In this document: positions 58,171-64,000 of the stretch, piece after piece | How positions within the stretch are numbered: position 1 is the stretch's first letter | Layout: each line of letters opens with the position of its first letter | DNA from: Macrostomum hystrix | Lineage: Eukaryota; Animalia; Platyhelminthes | NCBI GenBank assembly: GCA_950097015.1 | Contig: CATNEN010000001.1 | Coordinates: forward strand, 496,001 to 560,000 | Direction of reading: 5' to 3' | Length of the DNA stretch: 64,000 nucleotides | Made by a program: the position numbers and the translations under genes | Notes under the pieces: model-generated | Told to the model about the DNA's origin: nothing | The model's database searches: none | The model's input: the letters and a program-made list of their open reading frames with translations, nothing else

Positions 58171-60047
58171 GACCAGATTAGCAAATCAAACGCGATTTTT
58201 TTATTTTACAAAGCAGTGCCTTAAGCACTATTAGTTAGCTAGATTTTATATTAATAACATAAGATTTTATGTGTTATAATTTTTAAAACCAAGGGGTGAA
58301 ATCTCCCCTGAAATTTTTGGCAGCGTCCGAATGCTAACAACGTTGGGTGGTGACTGATTGGTTGACCGACTAGGTGATGGTGTCTTGTGGCTGACCGGCG
58401 CCTAATATTTAGGCTTGATCAAATAGAGAAATTGAGAACTTAAGAAATTCGCGTCTGGGTGTCCATAGTGGCCTATTTCCACCTGTTGTAGCCCTTGAAG
58501 GTGTAGCAGTCCGTCTAGATAAATGTAGGTGACCACTGAAGACGGAGATGATGCAGACACATTCGGGTGACATGCTGATTGATTTTGAAGGCCTGGCAAG
58601 GTCGCACTGAGGTGCAGTGCTAATTCGTGTATCGGGGTGTATGAAATGCACTAGCTAGCTCTAATGGGAAAAATCTGACCTTCGGCCAAAACCATTGAGT
58701 ATCTCGACGGTCTGAGAAGACCTGTCGACTTGATTCTTGTTTTAGAAGATGCGCAAAAAAAGAGTTGGCCCGTGTTCTTGAGTTTCGTGTGCTTGTTGCT
58801 CTGTTCGGGTGCAGCACAAATAATTGTCAGGGGGGAATTCCCCTATGGTAGTTCTACTGTTAAGGTACGAGGTACTAGTAAACGGCAGGTTTACTAGTAG
58901 TACTGCGTCACACCATATTTTATGCACATTGTTGCAATTGTGTGTTGCACATACATTTTTTATTAAATGCCATCAGCAGGTCTACTAGTAGTACTGCTCG
59001 CTTAGTGTCACATTTTAAGGTTAGAATTTTTCGATTTTGTCTAGCTTTGTAGATTTCTTTATTAATTTTAAACGAATTCTTTATTTTTTATGTCCCTTAT
59101 TCAGCTACAATATTAATTACACTTTTATACTGTTCTTTCTGTTCGCTTAGCAAAGTGGTGTGCCTCTATATATTTATATACTGTAACAATTGGGTCCATT
59201 GGAAAAAAACATAATCTATAGCTACTTTTTCTTCTGTTCAAAGACCTAATTAATTGTAGATGCTTCAACTAATTGCGAACACTTTTTACGTTAAAAAAAA
59301 CACTCATTCTTTTACTTATTCATAGATTTTTCACAAATGATAGCTCGATTTGTCGATAACAACCTTATTTAAGACAATTGTTTGACTGTTTTTTAGTCAA
59401 TCTAGGTTTTCTTGCTGTGCTTACAGCTAACTGTGGGTCGGCTGCAGCCAAAGGATGTGATAGTTCCCAATTAAGGTTGCGATTTCAGGGGCCGGTTTTA
59501 ACTGGCCAATGGTTTAGCCGACTGGGCCGTCACTCCGCCTGTCTGTGCGTGCGGCTCGCGCGTGTGCATCCCTGGCGCAAGGTGGGGCGCTTCGGGGTGT
59601 TTATTCCGTTGCTTCGTGACTTCCTTTTTAATCCTTCCTTCGTGACGCCCCAAATCCTAGAATATATTCGCTATTGCAGGACTCGTTTCGTCCGCTGCCT
59701 GTGCCTTCCCTCTTGCTGCTTTTGGCCCTGTTGGCTAAAGTATAATTATGTACGACTGTTTTGGCTCGTTCTGTTTTTATTACGAGAATTTTGGTTGTGA
59801 AATTAAAAAACGTCAAAGGAAAGCTGCTGGTAAAAATATTTCTTTCACCTGAATATTTTTATTTCCCAAAAAGATGTTCAGTAAATTATTCGCTTAAACA
59901 TTAACAAAGTTTTTATTCCTTTAGAAGAGAATCATGGAAGCTTTGTGAATTAAAATTTGTGATACTCACCGTTGTAATTTAGAGGCAAAGGTGCGAACTG
60001 TTATTATTATTTTTGCTAAGATAGTCCACATAGACCAAGAAGCAAAG

Positions 60048-60120
60048 TTAGAGTATCAGTCTAGCAAGCACCGCATCAGTAGAATACAGTTTCACTCGCT
60101 GACGTCATCCAAGCTTCTAT
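60048..60120 (-). promoter_or_regulatory. Type II SECIS element in the SELENOF 3' UTR
   Basis: Minus strand: AUGA(60108-60105) C GUCAGCGAGUG AAA(60092-60090) CUGUAU-loop-AUGCGG UGCUUGCU(A)GAC UGAU(60058-60055). The core quartet, an 11-bp helix II with one bulge, unpaired AAA and the apical mini-helix all pair by hand. Confidence 0.88.
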
Positions 60121-60240
60121 AGTCAGAGGACAGCTAAATAGATAAAGACAAAGACATGGACTTATTTGTTAACGCAGGTATTCCACTAGATTATTTCGGA
60201 CGATATCAGCATCGCTATAGCATCAAGACACTAGTCCACC

Positions 60241-61552
60241 CTAAAGCATGCGCTCCTTAAGGAACTCCTCCAGAGTGTCCGTGTCCCAACGATCGATGCC
60301 GAACTCGTCGCTTACGCCAGCAGATCTAGACGCCTCGTCCCGCATTAGGCGAATAACCGGCTCAGCGCCCCGCTTGTACTTGATGCTCAAGCCGGGGAAC
60401 TGAGACGGTCGACTCGACTTAATGAAGGCTGAAAAACAATTGTGAAAATCTAATTAGGTTTATCGCACTGCATGAGGTCCCGAGCTGGGAGTCAGTGGCA
60501 GAGCGGTTAACGCGTCTGCCTCTCGCGGTCACTGAGCCCGATACCGCGGCGAGGCCACATTCATTTGGGGCGCAGCCGCGGAGAGAAGGCTTGGGGGCCA
60601 ACCCCTATGGCACAGTGGCAGTGTACACTGTCTGACGATGAGAAAGTCAGGGCAGATGTACACACCTGTGTGAGCAAGTGCCTGCGCACGGTATCTGTGT
60701 GCGTGTGTGCTCAGGAGTCAGCGAAATGGGCAGAATTGCCTCCTCGCTGGCTGTGAGTCCAGTGTCACCAAATGATGTGCCAGTGAAGGCAGCCCTCCTG
60801 AAAATAATAATAAAAATAATAGGTCCCGAGTTCGAACTCAATTGGGGCAAAGCCGCAGAGAAAAGATTTAGGCGCTTGACGTGCAATTGACACCCATTAA
60901 AGGCTAATTCCCCAAAGGTACAGTGAGTGTGTTCAGGAGTCAGCGGAATGGGCACAATTGCCTCTGGCTGATCGAGCGTAAATTGATGGAGCAACAAAAA
61001 AATCTATAGATACGAAGGTTTACGCCTGATTCCTAGACTCTTTCTTTGCCAATGGATTGGCTGTCTATGGCCAAAAGACTAAAAAATGAAGCCTGAAACG
61101 AGGCCAATTAACCAGTTTTTGGGCTATAATTGTGCTATCGTCATCTGAAAATTTAGTACACACTCTTTGTCTTTTTTTGGTGTCTTCTATGGCAGAAAGT
61201 GTCTATGGTCTTTGTAAGCTATAGGAACCAAAATAACAAAGATTTTATAGGAACCATCGAGCTCTAAAATGGGCACTATTAATTCACACTGAATAATTTA
61301 ATTAATGTAAAGCTGAAAAATTGCTGACTTTAGATTTAAATACTACGAGCGTACGAGCATAGATACCAAAAAACCATCTCTCACCAAAACACAGCTTAAC
61401 ATTATAGAACTAGCAATGCTCTAGACATGGATAGCTACAATAATTAATAATTTGTGATAACAAAGCAAATCTAAAAGAGAATACTTACCCTCAATCTGTG
61501 GATACCTGCCCAGTTTTCAGCCGCATATTTCCAGCTCAGCAAATTGGTAGCG
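60241..61552 (-). CDS. SELENOF: Selenoprotein F (Sep15), last two coding exons 61552-61489 and 60428-60241; Sec TGA at 61519-61517; 5' exons not found in the window
   Basis: Spliced translation RYQFAELEICGUKLGRYPQIE|AFIKSSRPSQFPGLSIKYKRGAEPVIRLMRD...EFGIDRWDTDTLEEFLKERML* matches the Sep15 CGU motif and C-terminus. GT-AG junction in phase 1; SECIS downstream. Confidence 0.93.
60485..60820 (+). mobile_element. tRNA-related SINE with (AAT)n tail and 10-bp TSD, nested in an older related SINE (~60460-60970), within the SELENOF intron
   Basis: A-box TGGCAGAGCGG; tail AATAATAATAAAAATAAT; AGGTCCCGAG at both 60475-60484 and 60821-60830. The host resumes with GAGTTCGAACTC (B box) and shares CAGGAGTCAGCGRAATGGGCA.AATTGCCTC. 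Confidence 0.75.
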
Positions 61553-63056
61553 CTAAAACGATTTATATATAACAAAAATCAGCAAGTAACATTGACGACA
61601 CAATCTATTGGCTACCTGGTTCTATCTACATGTGCTTAGGTCTGAGTATATTAACGATTAAAAGTCTACGCACAGAATGAGAGTGCAATGATGATGGAGC
61701 AAGCGGAGGTAGACAGGAAATTAAACAAAGTCTAACAAACTCATGCGGATGCAGCATTGTTTTTTCCGTCAAATAGTTAATGGCTCAATCCTGCTTCGTG
61801 TTTTGTTATCGAGCACTAATAATTTAAGCGTAAATAGTAATAACAATAAAGGGGGCGATCACATGTAATCCACTTTTATTTTGTAGATTATAATATAAAG
61901 CTAATGTTTCGTATACAATGTCAGCTACACGCGATAATTTGTTGCATATAGCGGTGTCAATAAAGAATTCATACTTAGGCATGCCGCTTACAAGACAATA
62001 TGAAATTGACAGGCAAATAAAGCTTTGTTAGCTAAATCGGAGAGAAAAAATACCACACTAATAAAAATGACTTCAAAACCCAAAAAAAGTGCGGAATGAA
62101 TTGAAATCGGGAACCACAGTAAATCGCTAGAGAAAAAACTGGCCTTTGTAGAAAACAAATGGATTGGACATTGGTTGTGGTTTTCTAATAAATCAAAGCG
62201 AATAAAGACCAGTGCAGTAGGTGGAATGTAAATTATATTAATTACTACGCAAGATTATGTGCTAGAAAAAACACAATCATCAACAAGCATCGGAATGAAC
62301 AAGAATAAAAAGTTCAATAATATATGTAGCGTAGCCTATAACATAAATATGATGTTATAAATACAATACATATGAATTTGAAATCAAGAGAAATCGTAGG
62401 CTACTATTTATAATAAATGAAATTGATCATTTAAAAAACGGGTAGAGGGGCGGGTTAGGCACAGCCAGAAAAGACTGGTTCCAGAACACAAACCGATATT
62501 GATTGGCAACAGTCGATTTAACATTAAAATACTTGCTATAACTAGTGATTGGAAAGCAGTCGCTAATTACACTGACAGCAAATCAGAAGCAAAGTATAAA
62601 ACATTTTCTTTCCATGGTAGTGAACAAGCACATATTAACTTCGATGTTCAACTAAACCTATTAGTGTAAATTGAAATTGGATCGTACTCATAGGAAAACT
62701 AATGATAATGAAAATGATTTGTACTAAAATAATAATATTGTTGTGCTAATTATATGAAGTGTTCTATTTTAAGACTATATGATGTATACAAATGTTGATT
62801 AAACTGGCACTATGCGATCCAATTTCGTTATCTTCTTAATTAGCGCAATTGTTGAATCTTGACGCATAGAATCGGTTGTAGTTTTGACATCTTAGCCAGG
62901 TTAGCCAGTGATAGAGGCACTCATCAAAGATGATTTTGAAATCGAGACAAGAGTAAGAGGTTAGAAGAAAGATAGTGACAGAGGCAGAACAAGAATGAAT
63001 GTGGATAAACTCGTGATAAAAGAAGATTGATGACGGCGTCGCCAAGACTTCAAGGA

Positions 63057-64000
63057 TCACTCAGACGTAGGCGCTGCCGCTGGCTGATCCTGCGGCGGCG
63101 GCGGATCGGGGCCGTCCCAGACTTTGACACCGCCGCGCCAGACCCATTTGCCTTGCCGCTTCTTACTATCTGGCACGTGGATGCGAGCCCGCCCGGTCTT
63201 CACTGTCATGCCGCTGGCGGTTTCATCGATAGACAGTATAGGCGCCTGCGGCTGAGGCGGCGGCGGCGGCAACGGTATCAGGTTGGGAATCAGATTGATT
63301 GGCAAGGTGGCCTGCGGACGCAGAGTTCGCCTGAGTGCGACCTCGCCAGCGTCGCCCTGGTCATCGAGAACCACTGGAATTGGCGCATCTGGTGGCAGAT
63401 TTAGCGACTGGAATGGCAACGACTGAGAGGCTAGCGGCTGCTGCTGTAGCTGCTGCTCGTACATCTGCTGCTGAGCGATAGCCACACTCCAATGGGCGTT
63501 GTTAACAAAGATCGGGCGCAGGGTTCTTCGCTGATAGAATAGGATGTAAGCGTCAGAGGAACTGACTGCGGTCATATCAGAGAGTTCCTCTACTTGGCCG
63601 TCATTAAAACGCCACCACTGATGATCAGCCGGGCTAAGAGCGTAGGCAGTGTAATGTCCAGACTGCAGGCTTCCACTGTGATTGACAACGCCAATTAGAT
63701 CGTAGGTAAAGTCGGCCGGAGTGGCTGACTGCGGCGGTCGGCCAGTGGCAGACAGCGAATAAGGATTCAGTCGGCCAAGATTCTCTTCGTCTAAAAATTC
63801 AGACATGTCTAGCGATTCGATTGGAAACTGAACAAAAGCGGCCACCTTAGATTTGCGTTGGCCAGTCTGTTGGAAACGCTTCAACTGGATGACCATTAGA
63901 TCTGGGCAGGTCCACATACGAGTGATCTGTTCAGCTTGCTGCACTCGGCGGCAATTAGGACACATCCAGGAGGTTGTATAGCCGGACATGTACTGGGCTA
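63057..64000 (-). CDS. Ubiquitin-specific protease (peptidase C19), C-terminal part, USP31/43-like; continues beyond the window
   Basis: WMCPNC, PDLMVIQLKRF, VQFPIESLDM, YDLIGVVNHSGSLQSGHYTAY (His box), WWRFND, AYILFYQRR. Confidence 0.92.
   Translation of the reverse strand, partial: AQYMSGYTTSWMCPNCRRVQQAEQITRMWTCPDLMVIQLKRFQQTGQRKSKVAAFVQFPIESLDMSEFLDEENLGRLNPYSLSATGRPPQSATPADFTYDLIGVVNHSGSLQSGHYTAYALSPADHQWWRFNDGQVEELSDMTAVSSSDAYILFYQRRTLRPIFVNNAHWSVAIAQQQMYEQQLQQQPLASQSLPFQSLNLPPDAPIPVVLDDQGDAGEVALRRTLRPQATLPINLIPNLIPLPPPPPQPQAPILSIDETASGMTVKTGRARIHVPDSKKRQGKWVWRGGVKVWDGPDPPPPQDQPAAAPTSE

Noticed and set aside
51469-58234. Many short ORFs overlapping the giant ORF, and similar ones over the SecA-like, gypsy, RTE and USP regions
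   Set aside because: Shadow frames with no recognisable motifs.
58290-59000. Short hairpins and palindromes (AGGGG..CCCCT, TACTAGTAAAC..GTTTACTAGTA)
   Set aside because: Could be MITE or Helitron debris, but no termini or TSD could be defined.

Overview
Eukaryotic (animal) genomic DNA: GT-AG introns filled with minisatellites, GC-richer exons encoding poly-Ala/Gln, and tRNA-derived SINEs. The style resembles a free-living flatworm such as Macrostomum, which is inference only. From left to right: the 3' part of a Musashi-family RRM gene (+); a 3-exon MTFP1/MTP18 gene (-); a degenerate ankyrin+caspase relic (+); a ~7.2-kb SecA-like ATPase gene (-); a gypsy remnant; a ~3,190-codon filamentous-haemagglutinin-like beta-helix gene (+, one intron holding an RTE LINE, one frameshift); the last two exons of a selenoprotein F gene (-) missing from the ORF track, with an in-frame UGA and a type II SECIS; and the 3' end of a USP deubiquitinase (-). 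The SecA-like product has a myristoylation motif, coiled coil, intact SecA motifs, TPR, a hydrophobic segment and 39-40-aa C-terminal repeats. It is broken by two compensating frameshifts and followed by two 'orphan' copies of its repeat C-terminus plus 3' flank. The best candidate for an undescribed system is the 29.6-58.2 kb block (SecA-like ATPase with variable C-terminal cassettes, head-to-head giant beta-helix gene, ankyrin-caspase relic), which resembles a polymorphic toxin or immune locus. No database searches were run; all family calls come from motif recognition.
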